Assembly (NCBI GenBank): GCA_905178155.1
Contig: CAJINV010000001.1
Location: 1,725,904 to 1,789,903 of the forward strand
DNA length: 64,000 bases
Direction of reading: 5' to 3'
DNA from: Amoebophrya sp. A120
Taxonomy: Eukaryota; Protista; Dinoflagellata
The notes beneath the pieces are model-generated. The model had not been told where the DNA came from and ran no database searches. It worked only from the letters and a program-made list of their open reading frames with translations. Shown here piece by piece: positions 38,241 to 51,921 of this stretch (the stretch's first letter is position 1; every line of letters starts with the position of its first letter). The position numbers were made by a program, and so were the translations under genes.

Positions 38241-39845
38241 GTATTAGATTGGGCTCTTGCTCCTGCTCTACTTCTGGCATTAATATAGGAAGTCAAGAAT
38301 AAATTCAAATCAAAAAAAAAAAACCAAGAGCCTTCTTTGAACATGTAGCCCCCTCTAGTAGAACAACGGCAACGACGGAAGGAGAGAAAACGACAAAAAA
38401 GAAAATAATATGCGTAGGTGAGGATTCCGTGGCGGTCGCTGCTAGATAACCAAAGAATCTGATGGACTGAGTTTCTTCTGCAGCAGCTGTGAATGTCAAA
38501 AAAGTCGTCCGGCGCTTAGAAATGCACAACATGCACGACAGCGCCGCTATTCACGATAAGATGAAAACGAGCTTTACGATTTTTTCACGATCTCGATCTA
38601 GAAGAAGCAGGAAACCACTACGCTACTTTCTATCAATACCGCACGCTGCTGCTGCACGCAATTTGAAATCACAATGAGCAGCCATCGCCATCCATGACTG
38701 CTGCGCATCCTTTGTCAACCTCAATGTTTTCCTTTTCTTTACGATCACGGTGTGAAGAATAGAAGAACGCTTCTTACATACGACCAATTTCAGAGCGAAA
38801 GCTACATAGGAGACGAATTGGTGCAACGACCAACGGGTCATTCGTGTCATCGTTTCTTGAAAATAAGCCTGCTTCTGGAACACACCACCGGCTGCAATCG
38901 CGAAAGCTCAGAGATACTTTTTCATTTTCCTGTGCGACATTCATAAGATTATACTCATCCACAACATACCCCAGGATTAAGCCACACTGTGGCTTGTTTA
39001 TCAACATTGTATTGCTGTAGCTGCAACAGTTTTTGGTGGTCTGATGTGTGTTGCTTCGCTTGATTTTCTCTCTGAATCGATATTAATATCAAAGACCACA
39101 GCCTTGCTCATTTTTAAGATAACTGTGAAAGAAGTTCAGATTTACAATCTTTTTTTCTTGTATTCATCGATCGTAGAAACCCTTTCTGAGACAACGTTTT
39201 CTGTAGTTTTGCTTATAAGGAATTCAAAAGTTGTAGTTCAGTTTTATCAAATTCAAAATTTTTCAGTGCGTCTGCGTCGACAACGAGTTTCATATAATAA
39301 CAAGTTCCACCCAATACATTTGAAAAAATGCTATTTGTTTCTATGTCGAATTCTACGTATAGATGCGGTGCGGGTGCACCAGAGTTAAAGGTGTCGTGAC
39401 TGCGGGCGCAAAATAGCTGGTAGGTAGGTAGAGGTCAGTTACGCGTCCTACCGCTTTTTAATTTTGCGGGAAGAAATAAACTTGGTGGCGGAAAATATTT
39501 TGTGAAGAGACGAAAGAGAGTCCCACCTATCGAGCAGTAGAGCAGTGAAAGAAAAAATTACCCCTGAAACAGAAGACATCACCAAATGTAGAAAGAAGAT
39601 GTCCAAAGTTTTCAATCCTTAAGTACTGTCGTCTTTTGTTTTTGGAAGATTGCAGCGAGTAGATGACCACGCCAATTTATAGGAGGTCAATCCATCCTTC
39701 ATGGTCCCACAGCAGAATCGCATAAGAAACAAGCGCGTTGTATTTACAAGGAAGATATTGTCATACCAAAAGTTCTCACTCATTCAACCTACACCCAAGG
39801 TGGGAGAAAAGAAAGGCTTTTCCAGTGCTATCCCTGTCCTCCCTT

Positions 39846-41028
39846 CTACGCACCCATTCTACAATTGGACAGGAGGTCCTGGTACTTGTTGCATTCCGAG
39901 ATTCCCTTGTCGCTAATGCACTGCTCGAGCCACTTCGCTTCATCCACACACTTACTCACCGTTGCAGACGAGGCAGGTGGTGCCGCTGCGGCCGGAGCCG
40001 GGGCGTCCTCTGTTGTATGTATGTCATTTGGATGAAGATGTTGTACCGACGTGCCCCATTCTGAAATTCTTGTCAAACATGTAATGTTAAATTGAAAGCA
40101 GAGTTTGTCAATTGCAAATTACCGTGTTTGTGCACCACTTCGGTTTGCCGCGGTCCGAGCATGGAATCCACCGCACGATTGGCGACGGACATCCCGACCC
40201 CGGTTTGTTATGAAGAGGACCAGTTGATGAAGTTTCTACTTTTTGAATATAATGCACTAGGCAACAACATCGGCATGATCCTTTGCTTGCTCCTGATGTC
40301 GATTTCGACAATACAAGAACAAAATTGATTCGCCTTTATCAGTATCAAGAGAAGAATCATCTGCCAAAGGTATGATCGACGCGTCACGTCCTACGAGTTG
40401 CAAAGCAATGCACACAGGCCTTCCATTTAGCATGCAAACGACTTCATCCTCGTTCAATTTTCATATTGCCATGCCACTGGCCATGCTTCCCATGAGGCCA
40501 CTCATCATGCCTCCGCCACTAGAGGCCGCGGGCGCGGGCGCAGCAGCCGGCATCTGCGGTGCTGGGGGAGGGGCTGCGGCGACGGGCTGAGGTGAGTTCA
40601 GTTTCAGGTCAGATGATCTAGATCACTCAACAGTACGCAGATGATATCGACGATGGCACGTGATAGTGCTGGAGAGTAGAGAGCACGGGATTGTGCTCGT
40701 CAAGAGTAGAACCTGTGGTCTTAGAAACTTCTCTCTACCACACACCACACTTTCATTCGGAAAATATAGCTGCAACATTCCTTCTTATCTATTACCATCT
40801 GAGCAACTACAGCATCAGGAGTATCTGTACCGGCTGTGCCTGCACCGGGGCCGGAGCGGCTGGAGCCGCCGGCTGCGGCGGAGGAGCAGATGTGTTCTGC
40901 GGGGTGGCCGGTTTCCGGGACCCATACGACGGTCCGGCAGCGGCCTTGTTCGACACAGAGCCGGAAGAGGGCGAGCCTGCAGCCTTCGTGGAGGCTCCAG
41001 ACGACTTGCTGCTATTTCCTCGTGGCAT
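39846..41028 (-). CDS. CHCHD2/CHCHD10 (Mix17)-like mitochondrial CHCH-domain protein
   Basis: GSMASGMA-x-GVGMSVANRAVDSMLGPR central helix and C-terminal twin CX9C (CVDEAKWLEQC...CNKYQDLLSNC). Confidence 0.8.
40209..40465. mobile_element. Old introner-like TIR element (singleton)
   Basis: TATGAA...GATGAAG / CTTCATC...TTCATA; removal+5 nt restores GMATGVG; flanks diverged (tttgt/ttgcc). Confidence 0.7.
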
Positions 41029-42274
41029 CTTCGTGTGATCGTGTTTTGCAGCTTGTGCGTTATTGTTGCGAGAGCGAAGTTGTATACGAAACCACTCAAC
41101 AAAGCCGACTGAGATAATTAATGCTTAGCGCTTGCACTGTTGGACTACGAGAATACAAAACTACAATAGGAGAAAAAGTGTGAAGATCATCACGTTTCTC
41201 CAGCTCCAGCATCCTCTCTCTGTCTTTCTCTCATGGTGGTGGTATCACGTCGGTCACAACATCGCAGCGTGCAAGAGCCTCTTCGTTGCTCAAGTTCATT
41301 TGTCCGCCTCCGCCTTTAACCAACGCGCACCAGATTAATTTGCTTCACGAAAAAAACTCACCATGAATTTGAACAGCTCAACAAGAGTACAACCACGTCG
41401 ACGCCTAATCAAGGCGACTGACTGTTTCCCGGTGCGTCGAGCACCAGCAACCTTCGCACTTTTTAATATTTGAAGACTTTTAATATTGGGCGGCCTCTTT
41501 GCTCTCGAGTAGCAGCAAACTCAGGCCGCGCTCTGTCGTTTCTTTTTAGTCTTCAATGATTGTCGCTTTTTCTTTTCGTGTTCTTACAGATTTTTCAGAA
41601 GTCGGCCATACGTTTTTTAACATCCAGAGATGTTCCCGCACGCGTGAAGATCATCAACATCAGAGGTCGTTATTTTCTGGTGGTGGTGTTCAGAACATCT
41701 CCGTGCTCATCATCAACCCAAGTGCGGTATTTGCTTGGCTAAGTAGGACACAACCTAAGAAGCAGCTCAACACCAAAGGAAGCTTCATCTACGTGTGCAG
41801 GGGACCTCGGAGCGAGCTCTTCAAAAGGTACTGCTGGCGTCAACGAGAACGGCCTGAGAAGTTGTGTACTGCTAGTGCGCCAACCATGTTGGTACTCCAA
41901 ACATCAGCTGTATTTGCTTTTGGTTTTGCTCTTTCCGCCGCCCCAATGTTTGTTGCTAGAAAAATGCGAGTACCCCCCTCCACCTCCGTGCTGTGTTGCG
42001 TAACCACCAGACGATGTGCCCTTGTCCGAGGACGTAGAAAAGTGAGACCAACCGCCTGAAGAGCCGCTACTGGGCGGCGCACTCTTGTGCTTAGTACCTT
42101 TTTTCGTGTGAGTGTGTAGAAGACCTCGATGATCCTATTGTACATGCAAAATGCAGCAAGTACAGCTTCGGGTAAAATAAAAACACGTCGACAATCTTTG
42201 CTCAAGCTCATGTTTCATGTAATTAAACTACCACATATTATCGAATCAATATCTCCTCAAAACTCGTCTCCACC

Positions 42275-45200
42275 TTAGCAAAATAAAGAGAAAGCCAACA
42301 TCTTAGCGTCTTTAGTCGACAAAAGCTCATATAACGTATTATACCTTTGTGCGTGTTCATTTTTGCGGCGCCGCCCTTGTAAGAATTCTTGTGCCCGCCC
42401 CCGCCACCTTTGTACTTGTTTCCCCCTGCCGCGTTGTAGGCTGGACCGCCAAAATCAAAATCATACTCATATCAAGTGCAAAAGTGTCTGGGTCTGGAAG
42501 AGTGTAAACTTGTCATGCAGATTTTCCATGACCCGCGAGGTCTGGAATGCGGGACTTAGCATGACAGACTCTGCGAGGTCTCTGCCATGCCTATCCTGCA
42601 TGAGAAACTCCCTCCCAACTTGGTCGACAGTGGACAGCTTTTGGCACTCATGCAACACATATTTTTGTAATTGTATGACTCAGATTTACCATGACAAGTT
42701 ACCACCTTCCAGACCCACACATATTTGCAATTCATAACTCGGCATACTCTGCCATTCGGTCCGTCAAGTATTCGTCCTGATCTTTATGCAAGAAAAAAAC
42801 TGTGTAAGTGTAACTCTGTAATGCAGAACATGCAACAGAGTTACACCTGTCATGCCAGACAGCCTTGAAGTCCTCTTTTCATGTGTGTTTTCCCTTACAA
42901 GCTATGCATGACAGGTTTTCTCTGTCATGTAGGGCAAACTTGTGATGCTGTTAGCCAAAGAAAGTTACAGTAACACAGTTTTTTTCTTGGATAATCTTCC
43001 GAGGAACTGTAGTGGTTCTGGTTCTTGTTATGCTTACTATTTGTTCCGGTTTTATTTCCTTTCCCTGCCCCTTTTTTACCGCTACCTTTGTACGACCCCT
43101 GAGCACTGTTCTTGGAAGATGTGGTATAGTACAGTCCTGGCCCGCCGTCCTCGTCGTCGTAATTAGAACTGTGGTGAGGGTAGTAATAATGGCCCCCCGC
43201 AGCTCCATGTTCGTGATCGTCCACGACCCCCGGTCCAGCAGGAGTGTAGTACTGCTCCGAACTTCTACCCGCGAACTCCGCAGACCGTTCATCTTCGTCA
43301 TCGTCATATTCGTCGCGATTAGCGTCCAACATCGTCCCTTGCCGATTATACATGGCTGAACCGTCCTCGTCGTTCTTGTCAACACGCGGACCGACGCTGC
43401 TGCTACAGCTGCTCACGCCGCCCTCGCTTTGGAGAGTCGCAACGCTGCGCATGCTGTCGTTGCGCGAGCGGAGGCGTGGCTGTTCCGAAAGAACGGATGT
43501 TGTTTCATGAGGTGGTCCTCGAGACGAGTTGTTCATGGGACTCGATAGTTGTACTACACGATCTTTATTTTCCAGGTCCACATGATCCCCTATTCTTGCC
43601 TCTCCTTCTCTGTGTAGCATTGTCGACGTGTTGGCGCTAGTAGTGCCGCTTTTGGTATAATTGTTCTCTGGACCACCACCACGTAGAAGAGATTTCTGGT
43701 CAACATCCTCAGCCTTTTTTCGACTCTTGTGCGTGTTCACCTTCCGCTTTCTTTTCTTTTCTTCGCTTGAGCTGTTGTTATCCGAAGAGACTGAGGACGA
43801 GGAGTCGTCACTTGAAGTCGACGGCGCTAGTGCAGCTGCTGCCTCCCTTCTGGCCGCCTTCTTGTTTCCTTTTCCACCTGATCCACCTCCAGGTGAGGAC
43901 GACGACAAGGATGAGGCTGAAGAAGGCCGGCGCAGCATTTTCGTATCGACGAGGATGTCTTTTTCTGCGCTGCCTCGTGGCCGGCCTCGTGCAGATTCTT
44001 GTTCTGTGTGTTGAGTAGTACTCTGGTCTGCTGCAAGTGCAAGCGCTGCTGCCGATGCGTCTTCTTTCTGAAGAGCGGAGGCCACTTTGTTCGCTTTCTT
44101 CGTTTTGCCGCCGAGGCTCGATGAAGATGTTTGCCTCACAGCCGCGGCGCCTTCCGTGGTCGAGGTCGTTGATCTCAATATCTCTTCGCCGGCAGCAGGA
44201 ATAACGTCGGCAGGACCACCTGAAGGTAGTGGTACTTTGGGCCCGCCTGCAGGTGACTGTGCTGCTCCATTAGTTCCTCCATTTACAACAACTCCTTTGG
44301 CAGGAGCTCCACAATTATTATGTTTCTGCTCACTCAGAATGCCACCGCGCTTCTGCTTCAACTCCTGCAGTTTCTGCCTAAGGTGATCCTGCCTCCTCAT
44401 GCCTATCGTGGTTCCACCCCCAGCGGATGAGCTGCTGGCCCCAGAAGATCCCTGCTCGACGTCCATCGTACCAGTTGGCACGCCGATGCTCGAGGTGGTG
44501 GAACTAGACGAGGAACTAGGATGGTGAGAAGATGAACTAGGCTGCAGCTGCGTCTGAGATTGATGTGGGTGTGCCACTTGTTCGGGGCGGGAAGTCGTTC
44601 TACTGGCCGACGCCGGTGCCGCCGAACTTGTTGAGTTGAACGCTGTAGTTGTCTTGACAGCTTGTAGTTCCCCATCCTCTTTGGTTTTTTTATGTTGTCC
44701 GGAGGCGGCTGCCGATTGCGTTGAGTCTGAATTTAGACGTACAACTGACACAGCAGAAGCGGACGCCGGTGGTGCGGAAGATGAAGACGTGTCTCGCGCC
44801 GGCTCGACTACAGATGAGGGCTTGATTTCGTTTTTACGAGAATTTCTCGTGGTAGTTCTCCCGTTGACTTCGCGAGAATCTCGCACTGCGGGTAGAGAAA
44901 GTACGGAGGGCCCGTCGCTTACTACTTCCCTAGCTGATGCAGCCAAACTCGCCTGCGCATGTTGCCTTCCCGACGCGCTTGAGGGAGGTGTCTCCGGCAC
45001 TAGTGCCACCGGTTTAGCACAAGTCTCAGCATGTTGTTGGTGTGTACTCGAAGAGTCCACCGCTCCAGGCCGCTGATCCTGCTTTTGCTCCATTTGCTTA
45101 CTGTCTTTTTTGACACCAGCTGCTGCAGCTTCCAGAGTTAACACCGCCGGAGTTCTCGTGCTGGTCGTGGAGGTTATGGGATGTTGGAGTAGAGTCACAT

Positions 45201-48200
45201 CAACCAATCCGCCGGGGGGAGTAGATAAGGTATGATCCAGCACAGTTGAAGACATCAAGGTCGGCGAAGGTCCCTGCCGTTCATGCTCGGGCTCGCGAAG
45301 ATCTTTTGTGTTAAGTTTACTGTTGACCACTTCCTTGTCCTGCTTCGCAGCTGGTGCTCCAGTAGCCGCACCGGCTTGTGCAGCTGCTCCACCTGTAGTC
45401 GTACCAGCGGACTTCCCGTCCTTGCTTTTCTGTTTCTTGGCCGGGATTTCCGAGACAGGTACACCTTGCTCCGTGGTGCCCTTCTTTCGTCGCAAAACCA
45501 GCGTTTTCTTCTTCTTCAATGCCGGGCCAGCCAGCCCATCGTCGTGGTCCGCATCGCCAGCGGTGTTCGCCTGCTCGGCTGCAGAGCGCTTGTTCAGCAG
45601 TATCGTCTTTTTCGACGTTGCCGCTTTCGCCGCATGCGCTGCAGTTCCGAGGATTCCCGCGTCCCCAGAAGCGGCGCCGGAAGCAGCTTGCTGCAGACCT
45701 GGTGCCAATCTTGATCCCGCTACTGGTGCACCTCCCCCGTTCGGAGCAATGGAAGTAGTAGACCGGACTTCTTCACCGCCTGCGGCCCCGGGCGGCACTG
45801 CCAGCACGCCGTTATGGGATTGATGATCTACTCCCAGTTGAACTCTACTGGTGCTCTTGTCTCCATTCGCCTGCAAGAACGCGCCGTCCTCCAGCGAGGA
45901 GCTTGTCCCGCCCGGCGATTCGTTCTTATTTGAAGACGACGAGGAAGAAGAGGTTTGGTGGTTGCTGGAGGAATTCTTGTCCTCCGGTTGGTCTACAAGA
46001 ACGTCGCCAGAAGTGCGTGGAAAGCTATTATTTTCCTCCGAGCTCCCCGGTGCAGCACCGCCCCCGTCGGACGACTCCACGGCAGGGGAGCTCTGCGCGC
46101 TCAGTGCCGCCTGCGCGGCCGCCTGCTCGGCAGCCTTCTTCTTTCGCGCGTGCACGAGCTTGGACCGGAGAAACTCCAGGCGGCCCGGTCCGGAGGAGGA
46201 TGTCGTGAGCTGCCCACCTGCTCCCGGGTCACCAGTAGCACCACCCAACACGCCCGGCAGCGACACCGCCGCAAGGTCACCCCCTCCGGTGCTGCCCTCC
46301 GACGGCGAAGGCTGCTGGGGGGTCGGCTCCTGGTCCAAATCCTTCACATTGGCACTGCCCCCGGAAGTAGACGCCGCGCCGCTCCCGCTCGGAACCGCAC
46401 TCGCAATTCCTGGTGGCGGGGCTGGAAGATGTCCTTGTTGTTGGTGACCACCCGCAAGTGGAGCGCCGCCGCTCGAGGAAGCGGAGGAGGCACTGCTCAC
46501 GATCCCGGGCGTTGGGGGTAATGTTTGAGGCTGTCCTTGACCTTGTCCCCCAGGAGCTGCGGCAGTCGGAGGCCCCGCCGCCCCGTTGGTCGTTTCGGCG
46601 GCCGCTGCAGCCGCGGCGGCGGCAGCGCGCTCCTTCATCTTCTGCTTTTGTTCCTGGAGTTTCTGCTGCAGGTAGCCCATCTTCACCGGGTCGGTCCCTT
46701 TTTTCTTCGCACCTCCGACTTGGGAAGTAGTTGCAGTGATGGCAGGACCTACATTGATGGGGTCTGCTTTATTGCTCGCAGTAGCAGTCGTTCCAGCTGG
46801 CAAGGTTCTGTTCTGTTGCGCAGATGACGTAGTTCCAGCACCAGCTCCCGACGTAGTACTGGAGAGCACAATTTTTTTGTTTGGAGCCCCACCGGTAATA
46901 TTGCTCGGACCTCCACCTCCGACAGTCGAGGGTTTGGCAGAGAGCACTCGATTGCCTCCCGAACTGAAACCGGCATTCGCAGTACTGTTCCCCGTGGCCG
47001 GTGCGGGCGTGGTGCTGATGGCCGCTTTTGTTGACATCGACATTGTGCTTTTGGACTTGTTCGGGTCCGCCAACGCTTTCGCGCGCTGTTGGGCAGCGAT
47101 GCGCTGCTCGATGATCGTTGCCGCCGGGTTGTTCGGAATATTGTACCACCGATTTAACCATTGACCTGTTTTTTGTGTAGTTTTTGTATTAGTTATAACG
47201 ATGATCTGCAGCCAAAGCCATGGTGATGGCATTTGCATTTGACGTAACGCTAGCGGAATATCCAAGCATATCCGATGACGAAAGAAATTTCATCACGGAA
47301 CAATTTCCAATTCGGTCGTGGCAGTGAAACTAGAACTTCGTCGTGCTGTAGTATACAAATCAAAATACCTTTTATCTGCACGAAATCTTCAGGTCGGCAC
47401 TCGTAGCACCCGCGCTGATTCAAGGGGACGCCTTTGCGCAGCACTTTCTTGCCCTTCTCATCTACCGCCTCCCCCGGTATTGTCACAGCAACGACGCCAT
47501 GGGGACCGCCGAAGGCCGCGAAGCCGGTGGTAATAAAACTGTGGTAAGTTTTTCTTGAAGATCATCATGCAGTCGTCCTTCCTTATTCATAGTAGTAAAG
47601 AAAACAGAAATAAATGGCGTGGTCGTCTTTCAAGCAAAGTCAGTGCAGGAAGAGTGAAGCGCGTGCCGTGCGCATCTGTTCGGGAAATGACCCAACAATA
47701 TCGCAGCTGCAAAAGATCGCATACGAAGAATCAATAAGAAGCTGGATGTAATAAAAACAAGGATGAGTCGAGTAGTTGTACGGTGCTTTGCGTTCGGGCA
47801 TGACCGGCTCCCTCTCAGGTGGCTTCGGGTAATCAATGCCTTCCCTAGGGAGCCGTTGCTTCGACGGGAGAATCGCTTTATTCGCTCCGCCTTCACTTGC
47901 ACGTCTCTGCCCCTCGTCCCGTCCGCGTTTTAGTGAGGCCGGTCTCCTGGCACCACCGCCAGGGTCTTTTTGACGATCGCGATCCTGCGCGGCGCGAGTA
48001 CTGGACGACGACGACGCAGCCCCCGACTTGATGTTGCTATTCATCCCAGTGCAGGTGCTAATCAGGCTGGATTCGTAGGCTTCGGAAAAATATCGGTGCG
48101 GAACTTTGAGCGGCACGAAATTCTTCGGTAGGTAGATAGCCACGGTCGAGGGCCTGCTCGTGGACGACGTGTCTGCTGGTGCACCTACGTTTTTCGTTCT

Positions 48201-50999
48201 GGCTGTGCTAGTACCCTGAGCCATTGTCGTCGCACTGGAGGCGAGTTCGGCGGCTTTAGCATCATGTACCATCCCCGGAGCTGTTGGAGCTGAGCCCGGC
48301 CGCCTGTTCGCGTTCTCGGCCGGCGCGGTCGTGCCGCCTGGCAGCTGGTGTGCGGACGGCACCATAGGGTTGGACGACCCGGTGGAGCGGTAAGGTTCTT
48401 CAGCAGCCACTTTGGCTGAAGTGGTCGACTTCATCTGTGTCGTCCTGCTTTTCGTCATTTTCCCAGGTGCTGTCGCAGACACGTCCACGACATCTAGTTT
48501 TTCCTGCTCCCGCCTCCGTCGCTTCTCATGCATCGCTGACAGAAGCGCAGCCTTAGTAGCGTCGGAGATGTTGAAACGCGGCTGCCTTTGCAGCTCTGAG
48601 GATACATTTTTTATTCCACCCGTCGCACTACTCCTGCCTGCGGAGGAACCAATCGCAGCAGCTGAGGGCGCAGCTGCGCTCATCTTTTCCCGCGGAGCAG
48701 CATCAACCTGGGAGGCGCTCTTCAAGGCGTTGGGCGTTCCTTTCGCTTTCTTCGTTGCAGTATTGAAAGACGTAGCACGTCCTTCTCCGCCCCCGGGCGT
48801 GTTTGCGTTGTCCATGGTGTTGTCCTTTGGTGCGGGCCTAGTCGAGCTGGACGCTTTTTTTTCGGCGGGCTCCTTTCCCTCGTCGTAACGGACCACCTTG
48901 CCTTCGTTATTCGCTTCGCCGACGATGGCGCCGCGCTTGTTCATTAGCACAGTCTTCCTCTTCTTCTTTTCATCGACAAGAACATCAGCGTCGTCCACTC
49001 CAGTTTTCAACATCTTCCGTGTGGAGATTTTATTTCGATTTCCGGTAACATCTAGATCTTGATCTACGGAAGTAGTTGTAGCCTGCTGAGTTTTAACATT
49101 CTTTCTTGAAGATTTAGCCTGTTGCGCAGTTTTATTCCTCTTTTGCTTGCTGGCACTACTTTTGGCTGCCCCTGTCGCAGTTGTAACGGGAACCGCCTGC
49201 GCCGTGCCGCCGACCGTGCGGTTGCGCGACGCCTGAAGTTCCGTTCGCAACAGCGATAGTTGCTCTGTCAAGCGTTGCTTGTCCACTTTTTCTTTTTTCT
49301 CCTGTTTTATTTTCCTGCTTTGTCCTCGCGCATTGCTCGACTTCTTCTTCTTCGGCTCCTGTCGAGGTCCTTTATTTTCTGTTTTTTCGCCTCGGACGTA
49401 GTTGACTACTTTATCATCCTGCTGCAATCTTTCTTCTTGATCATGATCACCGGCAGTCTTTTTTATCGTTGTTGACGTTGTCGTCTGTACTTGACTTATT
49501 CCCGTTTGTATTCCAGATGCCTGCGCAGCAGCAGGTTTGTTCGCTTTAGTGCTTGTTCCTGCTTTTCTACTCCTTAGAATGATCTTCTTCGCCCCCGGTT
49601 TATTTGTGGTCTTCTTAAGAACTGAAGCTCCTGCAGTTCTCGCACCACTTGCTACCCCGATGGAAGTAGTTGTAGGCTTTGCGCCACCACTCGGCCGTCC
49701 GGTGCTTGCCCGCTTCTTTGATGGTGCGGGCGAAGTTGTACTACGACCTCCACTCTTGGCAGCCTTTACAGCGCTTTTCGCCGCAGTGGTGATAGTACTG
49801 TCGGCAGTGTAGTGGTCCTTAGCTGTTGCTGCAGCTGCGCTGGTGCCGTGGTCCTCTCGTCCTCCTTCGGAAACTACTGCACCAGCTTCCTTGCAGCTTT
49901 TGTCGGCGAGCTGCAGTGCCGATTTAGATTTAGTATTATTCCGTCGCGGCACGGCCCGCGGTGGGTTTGCGAAGGCGAGGATGCCCCACTCGCACATCTT
50001 GTGCACCGCGATGCGCTCGGGCAGGTACGGCAGCTGGTACACGTGCCGGCCGAGTAATATGGTATTCTCAAACGTTACACTCTCAACTGTTACATGGATT
50101 TGTGATGCAAGAATGGGAAGAGTGAAAGCGAAAGGGGGGAAATTGCGCGTCTTGCATGACAGATTTGGCACAGATTGTCAGCCTGTTTGGCCCTTCCAGA
50201 ATTTGTCATGCAGAACAGCTTGATCGTGTAGATGATAATGGTAGTTTTGCATGACAAATCATGTAACAGTTGAGAATGTAACATTTGAGAACTCCGTAAG
50301 TAAGGCAATCGGCTTCAACGGGTGGATCATCCGGTGCGCCACCAGACTGCTATGCATTGCAAATATGTCTGGGTCTGGAAGAATGAAGCCTGTCATGCGA
50401 AAACTGGATCACGTGAAAGTCTGTGTTGCATGAACTCCAACAGTTACCCAATCCTCGCTAGGCAAGAAAAGGGGAATTTCTCATGCGGAAGAGGCATGAG
50501 GAAGGTCTGAAAAAATGTGTGATGCTTCTGTCTGCATTACAGACCATGAGTGTGGATCGCGAGATGCATGACAAATCTTGCAACTTTCCAGACCCAGACA
50601 TTTTTGCATTTGATAACTGCAAAAGTGCCGCAACTCCACGTAACCGTAGCGTTCCGGCTTTTCCTCCGGGGTGGGCACGCCAATGCTGCCTTTCGCATAG
50701 TTGATCGCCCACCTGAGACGATGAAAGAAAGTTTCATACATATCGACGATAATCCAAAGCAATGCAGTTGCCCTTGAAATCAATATCAAAGCATAGTTTT
50801 TTTGATGACAGCACATGAATAGCAATAGGTTCTTATCGAAATAAAAATACTCGTGCCAAGCCTGTTTGCAGGCGGGCGACTCCTTGCAGAGGCGGTGAGC
50901 CAGGTAGCAGAGAACCGCGTGGTTGATGAAGCGCAAGTTCTCAATCCAGCGCGCCGTCGCGGCCGGCACATCGTCGATCTTCTTCAGGACCAGAGTCAT
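42275..50999 (-). CDS. Very large, mostly disordered protein (well over 2000 aa); both ends approximate
   Basis: ORFs 50481..50999, 47640..50171, 47250..47486 and 42925..47265 link in frame through four elements and two GT-AG introns. Confidence 0.65.
42470..42736. mobile_element. Introner-like TIR element, family A (opposite orientation to 13780)
   Basis: Family A ends; flanks actca/actcg. Confidence 0.92.
42785..42993. mobile_element. Introner-like TIR element, family E (single copy here)
   Basis: TATGCAAGAAAAAAACTGTGT...ACACAGTTTTTTTCTTGGATA; duplication ATCTT. Confidence 0.9.
50058..50298. mobile_element. Introner-like TIR element, family D
   Basis: Near-identical to 32714; duplication AGTAA. 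Confidence 0.93.
50351..50615. mobile_element. Introner-like TIR element, family A
   Basis: Family A ends; duplication ACTGC. Confidence 0.93.
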
Positions 51000-51764
51000 C
51001 CTCAGAGTTCACCCTGGCACCGGTTCGCGATCGCGTTAGGAGTAGGCGACAAGTCGGGTCTTCTAAGAAGCGCCGATGGACACGGAATTATACCGTTACC
51101 ATCAGACTACGACTAGTTCAAGTTCACCGAAGATCTGAGCGCGCCTCTAGTACTGCTTCAACAGTTGTAATAAATACAACTTCATCTTCGTCTATTTTGA
51201 TTGCTTTCGACATCGCCAACCTCGAGCTGAATTGAATAAATTCCATATTTCTACAAATCAAGAAAAAGTTAGATCCGAACGATGAGAGAAGATGATGAAG
51301 AACCTTGATGATTGAAAGCGGTAATCTGTGTCAGCCTATGTTCAGGATCAGAAAAGTGAAACGCGCTAAAACAACATGTAATACAGAAAGGATCAATCAG
51401 TGTGTAGTTGTAGAAGGTGAACTTCATCTCGTCGTTTCGGTCTTACAGTTGATGTAGGAAAATTTCTCTAGCAACCTAAAAAAAGCCACAAGTGTTAAAT
51501 TATAGGTGGTAGGCGGTTCATTTACAACCCTAGGAGACGTTAGTTATTTGAAGTAACGCTTCTTCTTCAACATAGAGCAAGAACTATAAAACATCAAGGT
51601 GGAGCGAGTCGGTGTAGCTTGTTCTTACTTTGACATTACCTTCTGTATTCTACTTCTGGAAGCCCCATCAATTACTGGAGATGATGTGCGAGATTACTAG
51701 GGGCGCTATTTTTTCTTCTAAATTCTCCGAACGGCTAGTATGGCAGTTGGTTTGCGGAGGGGGA

Positions 51765-51921
51765 TATCCTGTGCAAAAGTATCGTACTCGTTCGACGTAC
51801 TAATTGCAGATATGCATAACAAATCCAACTTTCTACCTGAACTAGCATGACAAATTGAATTTTTTTCTTGGGAAAATTTGTAAATGCATTTTATACTAGT
51901 ACGATACTTTTGCAATGCATA
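51765..51921. mobile_element. Introner-like TIR element, family B
   Basis: TATCCTGTGCAAAAGTATCGTAC...GTACGATACTTTTGCAATGCATA; flanks gggga/gggaa. Confidence 0.9.
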
